A program made the position numbers and the translations under genes. From Phoronis australis (lineage: Eukaryota; Animalia; Phoronida): a stretch of DNA of 64,000 nucleotides. The stretch is from contig NMRA01000212.1 in NCBI GenBank assembly GCA_002633005.1, positions 423,312-487,311 of the forward strand, given 5' to 3'. The notes beneath the pieces were generated by a model. It had not been told where the DNA came from and did not search any database. It saw only the letters and a list, made by a program, of their open reading frames with translations. Of the stretch, positions 10,000 to 21,105 are shown piece after piece; within the stretch, counting starts at the first letter, position 1; every line of letters starts with the position of its first letter.

Positions 10000-12236
10000 C
10001 CAGAGAACTAGTCTCTAGCCACTACCCCTTAAGCTTGCGGGCCCGAGTCCCTCGCTTTTCGGAGCAGAGCCACTGATCAATGACATGGTATCTAGATCAC
10101 ATTGGGATAGGGTAGTCACCATCTAGTCATCAGTATTCCACATACAAAATGATCAGTCGAGACAAGCACACCAGGTAATTGCTACCCCTGAGACCACTAT
10201 CTCGTTAAAAATGCAAGTTAACAGTAGAAAAAGCCGTTCGACTGACTGGTCCATTCGGAATGACAGCAACGGCGTTCAAGCTTGTTTTTATACTGCCCCG
10301 TCGGGACAGTTACCAGTTGAGCAGGGCCAGAACCCTTGTTTCTCAGGCTCCTGGAACATGGTTGTCACTGGATTTCGGTTGTATTTATACTGCCCCTTTG
10401 GGACAGTTTACTGTCTGGTCACTAGCTGGAGGTTCTGTGAGCCATTCAAGTCTATCTTGTAGTTCATTACAGCGTCCTGTCGTTCAGTAACTTTTCCAGA
10501 CGTGAGGGGTGCTGAACGTGCGATAATCTCTGGCTTAACTTAACTTTCATTTTTATCAGCCCACCCCAGTCAGGCTAGATACGATCTGATTGGAGATTAG
10601 AGCAATTATCAAACAAAAGAGCGCAGGCCCTCCAACCATCAACGCCAGAATGGAGTTAATTGGCTACGGGGGGTAAACTTCCCAACTTGTTGTTGGGCTA
10701 TACAACCGAACATGTTGGGACCAACTGGATGTCGCCGTCATGGGTGCCGACGGAGTCAACGATCAGCTGGCTGACTTCTTCTTTTGCGAAGTCGAGTCCT
10801 AATTTGGTTATCATTATGCCCACCGCCCGCTCGGTGAGCGTCGATAGCCAGTCAGAGAACCTCTAGGTCGTTTGATGGTCCCTTCGCTGCCTGAGCGTAT
10901 GATAGCTGCTTTGTTTTAGTTGTTGTTTTGTACGCAATGTAGTGACTACAGGACATGTGGTTTGCTGGGTGGGGGTCACCACAGTTAGCACAGGTCGGTG
11001 CTTCCTCAAAGTTGTCACAGTCTGAGGACTAGTGGTTATTGCCACAGTGATTGCATTTTTCAACCTCGGACTTGCAGACCGAGCTGTAGAGGGCGTATTC
11101 TAGGCACTTAAAACATTGTAGTACTGTCTGTGTTTTATACTTTTCGGACTCGAGCCTCGTTAGCCCAATAAAAGCACAGTCTGAGTATTTTCTTGTACGT
11201 CTCTCTGCCGCAACAGGAGAGTTTGACCTTTTGGGTCGGCCGGGCCAGCCTCCCCGATATCAGCCGTTTGGCTGTAATGCCCGGTTGTCAAAGGCTTTTC
11301 AAAGTCCGCGTCTGATAATACAGGCGACAAAATCAAGAGGACAAGCGTGAGGGCACGTGAGTCAGTTTTTCAGTCTACGGGGCTGCGAAACGTGCAACCC
11401 TCGAATTGCTTGATGTCGTGCCCCTTTGACAGGAGGGACATACGAGACTCCTGGTCCTCGGTAAAGACCAGTAGGTGACCCCGCTTACTGAAAGTCACCT
11501 TTTTAACTTTAAAGCCCGATAGGACTTTTTGCATTGCCAATCCGTCCCTGCGGAGGGCCGCGGGTGCGGGCGTTACTACGATTGGTGTTTTGGAGGCGCC
11601 ACCCGGCGAGTGGTTACTCTCCGTCTTGTTTTTTTGGAGTGACTAGAGTCCACTCCAGTGACTTATCCCCGTATTGGTGGGGGTCTTGTTAGGCTGTTCT
11701 ATGATGTTGATGATGGATGCGAGCCAGTCATCCATCGAATGGGCCAGTCCCTAAGCCTGGGTACTGGGTTTCCTCTGTCTTGAGGCTGGCTGTGGGGTCA
11801 CAGCCGGGGTTTTCATGCTCGTCTGCGAGGGCGCAGGGGGCTTAGCGTTGTCTTTATTCTGCCCCGTCGGGACAGAGGGTTTCTTCGGAGCCGCAGAGAC
11901 CTTTGAGGTTGTCACGGACTGCCTCGAGGACGAAGCAGTGGTTTCCATCTGGACGGGAGGTTTCTGCCGGGCCGCAGAGATCTTGGTGTTTGCCATGGTC
12001 TGCTTTGTGGCCGAAGCAGTGGTTCCGTTGCGAACGCTACGTTCACTGAGGCCAGAGGTCCAAGCGGAATTAACACCCGCAGCTCTGACAAGAGCTATTG
12101 CCACCTCTGCAGTGAGGGCGTCTTGATTTCGATTCTTCTTTAGAGTAAGCAATTGATGAACGAAGTCCTTGATCTCAATCTGAGCCATAATCTCTGAAGA
12201 ATGCGTGATTTGATTCGCATGGGGCGTAATAGACAA
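10000..12236 (-). mobile_element. I/Jockey-type non-LTR retroelement, degenerate gag-like ORF1 with no ORF2
   Basis: ORF 11751-12236 continues through stops and frameshifts into three zinc knuckles at ~10948-11120 (QCFKCLEYALYSSVC, KCNHCGNNH*SSDC, TCANCGDPHPANHMSC), followed by SYAQAAK. No endonuclease or RT motifs were seen in the ~700 bp downstream. Confidence 0.75.
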
Positions 12237-12609
12237 CGTATTTTAACTAATTGTGATTACAATAGAGGTTGAAAATTTCCCAAAAAGAGATTAATAACCA
12301 CCACGCGTTGGTTTCGATGGACAACCATTGAATCCAGGTTATGCATTTGGTAAAATATATTTTGGGGTCAAAGTATGGATTCCTAAAGAATTTTATGGAA
12401 GACTGATGATAGCTCCGAATACGATTGCCAATACTAAAAATGATAAAGAAATTAGAAAACCTAGAAAAGTTTGTTGTTATTCGAATATCCCCCCATAAAA
12501 TTGGTACAACGCGAATACTATATCAGGATTTACATGATTGAATTATACAACATGTACGTTTTTATACGAGGGAGTACATGTATGTACCTTTAAAATATAC
12601 TCAATAATA

Positions 12610-13010
12610 TGTTAAATTAAAAAACCCATCTGACAAAAAAGAAGGGTTTTGGATATATGGTATGGGTGTTGCTTCGGTAGCTTTCAGTATAAATATACGT
12701 GATATGTGTTGCTAACTGTTACTATAGTTAACCTTTTAGTCACTGAGCGACACATAATATATATAATATAGAGAAAGCTACCGAAGCAACACCAATACCC
12801 ATATATCCAAAACCCTTCCTTTTTCTTAGATAGTTTTTTAATTAAACACATAAACCGTGGTGTATATTAAAGAATTGTTAAATTAAAAAACCTATCTGAG
12901 AAAAAGGAAAGGTTTAAGATATATGGGTATGGGTGTTGGCTACCGAAGCAACACCCATGCCCATATATCCAAAATCCTTCCTTTTTCTCAGATAAGTATT
13001 TTAATTTAAC
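12610..13010. repeat. Two tandem hairpins H3/H4 with GCTACCGAAG core
   Basis: 12610-12686 pairs with 12772-12850. 12876-12938 pairs with 12945-13010. The H3 and H4 arms are similar to each other. Confidence 0.9.
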
Positions 13011-13239
13011 ATGTAAATACATGGTGGTTTTATTTCAATGATATGTTTTTACCAAAAAATACATTAAACGATTTCGCTATAAGTAAGACTTCTTTACGGA
13101 TTTTTGTTCATTCTAGAATCGGAGCTTATATTAAACACATCTCTGTAAATCCACTACTCTCGAAGAACGTGATGCTTTCAAACAAAGAGCATTTATTGTT
13201 AAATTACGTGCTGTGGTTGGTGTGGATGTGGATCAAGCG

Positions 13240-13385
13240 GCAGGACCGGGCGTGCGTTCAGTAGACGCTACTAGGACCTAGCTTAAATCTAGCCACAGTC
13301 ACATGTTCTCATTTGAAACACACGACAATATCTCACGTAATCTCGCGAAGTCTTGCTTTTTAGCGAGGTCTAAGCATGAACGGGA
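13240..13385. mobile_element. Small dispersed MITE-like repeat
   Basis: Similar to 55309-55428 (GTTCAGTA..., CACG[AG]CAATATCTCA.GTAA.CTCG, GCTTTTTAGCGAG). Confidence 0.55.
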
Positions 13386-13751
13386 CAAGTTTATATATTC
13401 ATAAGCGCCTCCCTTCACGTGACCTGTCAGTCATCGAAGTTTATCCAACGGGGTACCTCAAGCTGTCACGTGATTATCACATGCACCAATGAGAGTTCTG
13501 TGCTCTTTACGCATGCACTAAAGTTACTTCCAGTATAACAACCCAACGTAGTGTCGTACTTTGTGAACAGCAAAACGGTAAGGTCGCACTGAATAGTTAG
13601 GCTGCGGCCGCGGCCAATTTGCACTCCCAAAATATTAAAATTTTGGGGTAGGCCAAGTTTGGGGGCATTTTGTAGGTGGGCATTGCATGTAGGATCAGTG
13701 AATGTGGTTTATTCGTATTTGTGAACATGCTGAGAATGAAAAAAGGCAATN

Positions 13752-16700
13752 AAAAAGTCTCAAAATGACGTCTTTCAACTTTGATCTTGCCGTGTGACCT
13801 CATTAATGATCCAATCGAACTCAAACTTCGTGGGCCTTAGTTTCTCGGCATTCTTCGTCCATCTGGGAAAGAATTTTTGTAATTGGAGACAAAATTTTTT
13901 TCGGCCTTAAAAAAACCCCTGGACTATAGGCCTAGGTTTTTTTTTGGTCGAAAACCTTTTTGTCTTCGATTTTAAAAATTCTTAGTGCATCTAATAGCCC
14001 CTTGTCTCCCCCCTCTACAAATGTAGGTATCATACTTTTCTTGGCCTTAGTAAGGGCCCAGGAGTGCCCCAAACCCACATAACCCCTTCACAATATCAGA
14101 AAAGTTGTGCCAAGATTAACTGCGGTTTTTCGAAGTCATATCTTCTTGACCAATAACCTGAAGACTACCAAACCGAGACATTTTCAAAGCAAGGTTAAGG
14201 GCAAGTTTTCAAAAGCGTCTTATTTGTAGGTCCCTGTCCCCTGCGGGGTCAAGGTTTAAGGTCAACGTCACAGACTCCCCCCAATTTTCCAATTTTAATC
14301 CTCTTCCGTGACCTTATTAGGGCTCACCAGAAGTGGCCACTTACTTTTTTGGAGTCAGTAAGTAAAAGGCTATCCAACGATGAAAGAAGTTTTGAAATCG
14401 GGGTCAAAAATTTTTAGGCGGGAAAAAGTCTCAAAATGACGTCTTTCAACTTTGATCTTGCCGTGTGACCTCATTAATGATCCAATCGAACTCAAACTTG
14501 GTGGGCCTTAGTTTCTCGGCATTCTNNNNNNNNNNNNNNNNNNNNNNNNNNNNNNNNNNNNNNNNNNNNNNNNNNNNNNNNNNNNNNNNNNNNNNNNNNN
14601 NNNNNNNNNNNNNNNNNNNNNNNNNNNNNNNNNNNNNNNNNNNNNNNNNNNNNNNNNNNNNNNNNNNNNNNNNNNNNNNNNNNNNNNNNNNNNNNNNNNN
14701 NNNNNNNNNNNNNNNNNNNNNNNNNNNNNNNNNNNNNNNNNNNNNNNNNNNNNNNNNNNNNNNNNNNNNNNNNNNNNNNNNNNNNNNNNNNNNNNNNNNN
14801 NNNNNNNNNNNNNNNNNNNNNNNNNNNNNNNNNNNNNNNNNNNNNNNNNNNNNNNNNNNNNNNNNNNNNNNNNNNNNNNNNNNNNNNNNNNNNNNNNNNN
14901 NNNNNNNNNNNNNNNNNNNNNNNNNNNNNNNNNNNNNNNNNNNNNNNNNNNNNNNNNNNNNNNNNNNNNNNNNNNNNNNNNNNNNNNNNNNNNNNNNNNN
15001 NNNNNNNNNNNNNNNNNNNNNNNNNNNNNNNNNNNNNNNNNNNNNNNNNNNNNNNNNNNNNNNNNNNNNNNNNNNNNNNNNNNNNATCCACTGGTGTGAC
15101 CTTATTAGGGCTCACCAGAGGTGGCGACTTACATTTTTTGGAGTCAGTAAGTAAAGGGCTGTCCAACAATGAAAGTACTTTTGAAATCGAGGTCAAAAAA
15201 TTTTTAGGTCTAAAAATGACGTTTTTTAACTTTGATCCTGTCGTGTGACCTTATTAATGATCCAATCGAACTGAAACTTGGTGGCGTTTATTTTCTCAGC
15301 ATTCCATGTCTATCTGATAAAGAATTTTCGAAATTCGAGACAAAAAATTTTTCGGCCCCCAAAAAACCCTGGACTATATATAGGCTTAGGTTTTTTTTTT
15401 GGTCGAAAACTTGTTGTCTTCGATTTTAAAGTTTCTGTTTTAGTTTGAAAGGACAATCTTCCAAATGGTCAGCCCCCAAGTTTCAGCGTGATCGGCCCAC
15501 TAATTAGGTCATAGTGGCCCACCAAAGTGACCCACCCAAGGGGGGGGGGTCCTTTTTGGGTCCAAAATTATTTTGTTTTCCATTTCAAAAATTCTTTTTG
15601 CATCTGATAGCCCCTTGTCTCTTCTTTCTGAAAATGTATATATCGTATTTTTTCTGCTCTTAGTAGGGGCCCAGGAGTGCCCCAAATTGGCCTACCCTTT
15701 TCAAAATATCAGAAACGTTGTTCCAAATTGAACTATACTTTGGGAAGTCATATCTTTTTGACCAATAACCTGAAGACTACCAAACCGAGACATTTTCAAA
15801 GCATGGCAAAGTGCACGTTTTCAAACGCGTCTTACTTGTAGGCCCCTCTCTCCTTCGGGGTCAAGGTTTAAGGTCAACGTCACAGACTCCCCCCAATTTG
15901 TCAACTTTGATCCACTGGTGTGACCTTATTAGGGCTCACCAGAGGTGGCGACTTACATTTTTTGGAGTCAGTAAGTAAAGGGCTGTCCAACAATGAAAGA
16001 ACTTTTGAAATCGAGGTCAAAAAATTTTTAGGTCTAAAAATGACGTTTTTTAACTTTGATCCTGTCGTGTGACCTTACTAATGATCCAATCGAACTCAAA
16101 CTTGGTGGCGTTTATTTTCTCAGCATTCCATGTCTATCTGATAAAGAATTTTCGAAATTCGAGACAAAAATTTTTCGGCCCCCAAAAAACCCTGGACTAT
16201 AGGCTTAGGTTTTTTTTGGTCGAAAAACTTGTTGTCTTCGATTTTAAAGTTTCTGTTTTAGTTTGAAAGGACAATCTTCCAAATGGTCAGCCCCCAAGTT
16301 TCAGCGTGATCGGCCCACTAATTAGGTCATAGTGGCCCACCAAAGTGACCCATCCAAGGGGGGGTCCTTTTTGGGTCCAAATTTATTTTGTTTTCGATTT
16401 CAAAAATTCTTTTTGCATCTGATAGCCCCTTGTCTCTTCTTTCTAAAAATGTATATATCGTATTTTTTCTGCTCTTAGTAGGGGCCCAGGAGTGCCCCAA
16501 ATTGGCCTATCCTTTTCAAAATATCAGAAACGTTGTTCCAAATCGAACTATACTTTGGGAAGTCATATCTTCTTGACCTATAACCTGAAGACTACCAAAC
16601 CGAGACATTTTCAAAGCATGGCAAAGTGCACGTTTTCAAAAGCGTCTTACTTGTAGGCCCCTCTCTCCTTCGGGGTCAAGGTTTAAGGTCAACGTCACAG

Positions 16701-17662
16701 TCTCCCCCTAATTTTCAACTTTGATCCACTGGTGTGACCTTATTAGGGCTCATCAGAGGTGGCGACTTACATTTTTTGGAGTCAGTAAGTAAAGGGCTGT
16801 CCAACAATGAAAGAACTTTTGAAATCGAGGTCAAAACATTTTTAGGTCTAAAAATGACGTTTTTTAACTTTGATCCTGTCGTATGACCTTATTAATGATC
16901 CAATCGATCTCAAACTTGGTGGCGTTTATTTTCTCAGCATTCCATGTCTATCTGATAAAGAATTTTCGAAATTCGAGACAAAAATTTTTTCGGCCCCCAA
17001 AAAACCCTGGACTATATATAGGCTTAGGTTTTTTTTTGGTCGAAAAACTTGTTGTCTTCGATTTTAAAGTTTCTGTTTTAATTTGAAAGGACAATCTTCC
17101 AAATGGTCAGCCCCCAAGTTTCAGCGTGATCGGCCCACTAATTAGGTCATAGTGGCCCACCAAAGTGACCCACCCAAGGGGGGGTCCTTTTTGGGTCCAA
17201 AATTATTTTGTTTTCGATTTCAAAAATTCTTTTTGCATCTGATAGCCCCTTGTCTCTTCTTTCTAAAAATGTATATATCGTATTTTTTCTGCTCTTAGTA
17301 GGGGCCCAGGAGTGCCCCAAATTGGCCTACACTTTTCAAAATATCAGAAACGTTGTTCCAAATTGAACTATACTTTGGGAAGTCATATCTTCTTGACCAA
17401 TAACCTGCAGACTACCAAACCGAGACATTTTCAAAGCATGGCAAAGTGCACGTTTTCAAACGCGTCTTACTTGTAGGCCCCTCTCTTCTTCGGGGTCAAG
17501 GTTTAAGGTCAACGTCACAGATTCCCCCTAATTTTTCAACTTTGATCCACTGGTGTGACCTTATTAGGGCTCACCAGAGGTGGCGGTCCTTTTTGGGTCC
17601 AAAATTATTTTGTTTTCGATTTCAAAAGTTCTTTTTGCATCTGATAGCCCCTTGTCTCTTCT
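13752..17662. repeat. Large-unit tandem array (~671-bp variant before the gap, ~814-824-bp variant after), probably the internal repeats of a non-autonomous DNA element
   Basis: ATCCACTGGTGTGACCTTATTAGGGCTCA at 15086, 15910, 16724 and 17545. AAAAAGTCTCAAAATGACG at 13752 and 14423. Units are highly similar. Confidence 0.95.
14526..15085. other. Assembly gap (560 N)
   Basis: Run of N inside the tandem array, so the true copy number is unknown. Confidence 1.
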
Positions 17663-17675
17663 TTTTATTTCATAG

Positions 17676-18207
17676 ATGATTCATCGCTAGATCCACACAT
17701 TCAGCAAATACATCGAAAAAGAAGATGTGGCATATGTTACAATGAAGGACTTAATTTTACCTTTAAAGATTATCGGCAATTTGCAGGCATCTCCAAGAGC
17801 ATCAAAAGGTGTCATCAACATTTGCTGAAAAAGATGTTTACCTTTCCAAATTGGAAATGTTATCAAAAGAAAATTTGAGTAAGTTGTTAGATTCTAAAGA
17901 AGTGGTTTGGCTAACATAGTTAAACAAAAACTAAACAAAAAATCGTATTCTGATTTCAAGAACTCTGGTTTCAAAAAGACAGCTCAAGATTTCTTCAATG
18001 AGTAAGTTCTGTTCCATGTGTAATACGGCATGTTTAGATGTAAATGAATCAGAAGATGTTTCACTATCTATTTGCTGCAACACCTGTAACAAATGGTATC
18101 ATTTCAGCGGTGTCAATTTGCTTCAAGAAAATGCACCACCTGGAAATGTCCCATGGCATTGTTTCAGTTGTGATGATATTGCTTGTCCCACAAGTCCAGA
18201 AAATTAG
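17676..18207 (+). pseudogene. Transposon-like gene remnant with zinc-knuckle-like motif and PHD finger
   Basis: An acceptor-like TTTCATAG is followed by RKRRCGICYNEGLN, then frameshifts and stops. Next comes FCSMC...ICCNTCNKWYHFSGVNL...WHCFSC, a C4HC3 PHD pattern with one Cys replaced by Gly. Confidence 0.6.
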
Positions 18208-20003
18208 CGTGTGTAGATCCAAGTTGTATTTTCTGCCCACGCCATGTGTGGGTGGGTGATGCAGTAGGTGTATTTGTTCGTCATGGTTCTTCTGTTTTTC
18301 ATGTTTTTGTGCACTAAGGCCTACTTACTGCAACTATCTTGTACTGTGGAGTTTGGATATAGGTATATTTTTGACACTCTTGATTTTTTAATTCACCCAC
18401 ATACATATATGTTTAGGAGTAGTCATCTCTGTCCAACGTTACAAATCCACTACTGTATCTCCTGAGTTGACAAGTTTTGGATCGATGTGATTACTGATAC
18501 AACCCCTAGTGGTAAATTCATTTTTTCACAATTGCCTCGTTATCTACCAAGTGCCCTGAAAGGCTGCATGGGAGAGGATTGCAAATTGATATGTGCTAAG
18601 AAGACAATGACGATATCTCAAGTTTGGGAAAATTTGATTCATTTTGTGCCTCCTTGAGATCATTTTCATTATATTTGAGTTCGGTTTGAGACTGGTTTGC
18701 GTCTCACTCAACTGACCCAGTGGTATAGTGTTGTGTTCTCTGTGAATGGCGACGTTTTGATGGTCTGTCTTACACACTCTGATTTTTGTGCGACTTCCAC
18801 ATTTGACATTTTGGCTGTCGTGTACGCACCCTAATTGACATGAGTGCGAGTCAGCAGTGCAATAAATCACTGGGCTACACTAGCTATGCTGTAATATTCT
18901 GGTTGATACAATGTTATACTTTCTGTCACTAGATATATTGGTGCATGCCGGTCAGGTAAGATACAGGTTTGTATTGCTTATAACCTGTGTGAAGTGTGAT
19001 GCCTGTAGAGTCACCTATTATGTTTTCACTGCAGTCAGCCTTTCTGATTCTGTAACTCAATTCCTTGCAATTTCCTGCTTTCATCGTATATACATTGTAC
19101 TTTTTGTTGCTTCCTGCTGCTATAACCTTTTGGTAATGGTGTGTTTTAGTGTGCTTTTCTCAAGTCTTAACTACCATTGTTCTAAAAAATACTGGTTATT
19201 TTCCATACACCGTGCTTGTTGGTATCACAATCTATCAGAGTGATAGACAACATTCTTGTAAATAGATGTGTACTGTGTCTAAGTTATGGTAAACATATAG
19301 AAAGAAGTCAGACGAAATTAATTTTAAAACTTACCATTTCTTTAATGAAAAGTGATTGGATATTCAAAACTAGGAGAAATACAGTTAACTTTTTTGAAAA
19401 CTACTGTTCAGTAACGAAATGTGAAACTTAATTTTTGTGTAAAAATGACCCAATAGATTTTGGATGTGAGGGATCAAACTGTGTTGCAGTCCGAGCCTTT
19501 GGGGTGTTGGCACCATTCTGCAATTCCCTGACAGCTTGATTACATTCCCAATAAGAGAAATGAAGCATTTTATGCTTCTTTTGGAGTAGCTAAAATCTTT
19601 TTCTTTCATCAACTACTTCGCTCCGAAACGCAACTGGCCCTGGTTAGGGTGATTGCAACAGGTGCCTTAATTGGGACCCTGCCAGAGGGGGTGCCATTGA
19701 TGCTCAGCATGACGACAGTTATGGAAATGCCACTGAAGCTCAGCATGATGCATTTTTTGTTCTGTGTGTGAACGTTGAGTCAACATCTTGTTGATAATAA
19801 AGGCAAATTTAAAAGCAATATTTAATATGGAAAAGTCTTTAACAGAAAATGGGATTTTTGTTACTAGAGTTTTGGTGAAATCTGAACAAACTCCAGTGCA
19901 TTGTGCATCAAACTGCATATTTAATGACCCAAGAGATTCATATGAAGCAAGTAACATTTCGTTCTCTGAATTAGTTTGACAAAAACGTTACTTATTTGAG
20001 TAG

Positions 20004-20061
20004 TGTATGTATGTATGTGTGTATGTATGTATGTATGTATGTATTTATATGTATATGTATG
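20004..20061. repeat. (TATG)n microsatellite
   Basis: Directly visible. Confidence 0.95.
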
Positions 20062-20928
20062 CTGTAAAAATACTACAGTACTTGTCTGGGGGAAAACACC
20101 AAGCATGTGGGTTTTTGAAGAGTGAAACTCGAATATTATGGGGTTGATGTTAATTCATGTGCCAGGTAACTTTTGTAATTTTTGAAAAATCAAGTACGAG
20201 CGTTTGGGTTACTTAATTTACAGTTGGAGTTGTTTTGATATCAGTAAAATACACGGTAGATATGTTTTCCAGAACTAACAGACGTTGGCTAAATCTAACT
20301 ATTTTCATTCACATTGCACTTATTTCATAAAAATAGTATGTGAGACTGTTAGGTTTCAATACTGAGGTATTGGTATTGTGTACTGTATTGTATAATAAAA
20401 ATTTATGTTTGTGCAATTTGATATTGTAAATTTGTAATGAGTTTTGTACTGTCTTTACTGGACACTACTACCAGCGCCAAGTCTTAGTTGTAGGAGTGAG
20501 GGAGGTACTCCGGAGAGTTCACTGGAATGACAAGCTTGTATGCAATACTGACAACAAATCTTTATTTTCAACTATCTATATCCTGTTCAAACATAGCTTA
20601 ATTGTTCAGAAGGACTAGCAAACCAACGTGATTACTTCTGAGTACAGACAATACAGCTAAGTAGCACTGGACTCCCCTCAGTGGACTAACGTGCATTAAG
20701 TCAACCTTTAACACACATTGTCTATAAGCACTATCGAATGAAAGAGATGGTTTCATAAGTGAAACGTACCATGCAACAAAACTTTCTAAAGTTTAAAAAA
20801 GGACAATGCAGAGAAGTATGCCTGGTTGGTTCAATAGTACCAAACAATCCTACCCTATTTTCAGTGACCATGTAACTACATAACTCGGCACAAGAAACTT
20901 TTAAACCCGACCATTTACGGTTACGAAA

Positions 20929-21105
20929 TTGGTCTCAAATTGTTCCTTAGTGAAATTGGTGGTGATTTTAAGGCTTCAAAAGATCCGATAATTCGCTCTA
21001 ACTGGCTTATCGTGGCGTGTCGATTTATACTCCCAGCAAGGCCTCAAGAAATAATGAAGGTTAGTTGACTGCAAACACTAAAATCACTTCTCAAGTTGAG
21101 ACCAA
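20929..21105. mobile_element. Old MITE family with (TT)GGTCTCAA.TTGTTCCTT...TTGAGACC termini
   Basis: Terminal inverted TTGGTCTCAA / TTGAGACCAA. Related copies at ~54982-55640, ~57900-58050 and 61031-61244. Confidence 0.55.

Noticed and set aside
10070-10160. Hammerhead ribozyme or SECIS (minus-strand CTGATGA followed by a CTAGAT/ATCTAG stem)
   Set aside because: The required GAAA after stem II reads GATAC/ATAC and I could not build stems I and III. The SECIS core geometry and apical AA do not fit either.
14465-15196. Long ORFs of 229 and 234 aa
   Set aside because: Artifacts of translating through the N gap.
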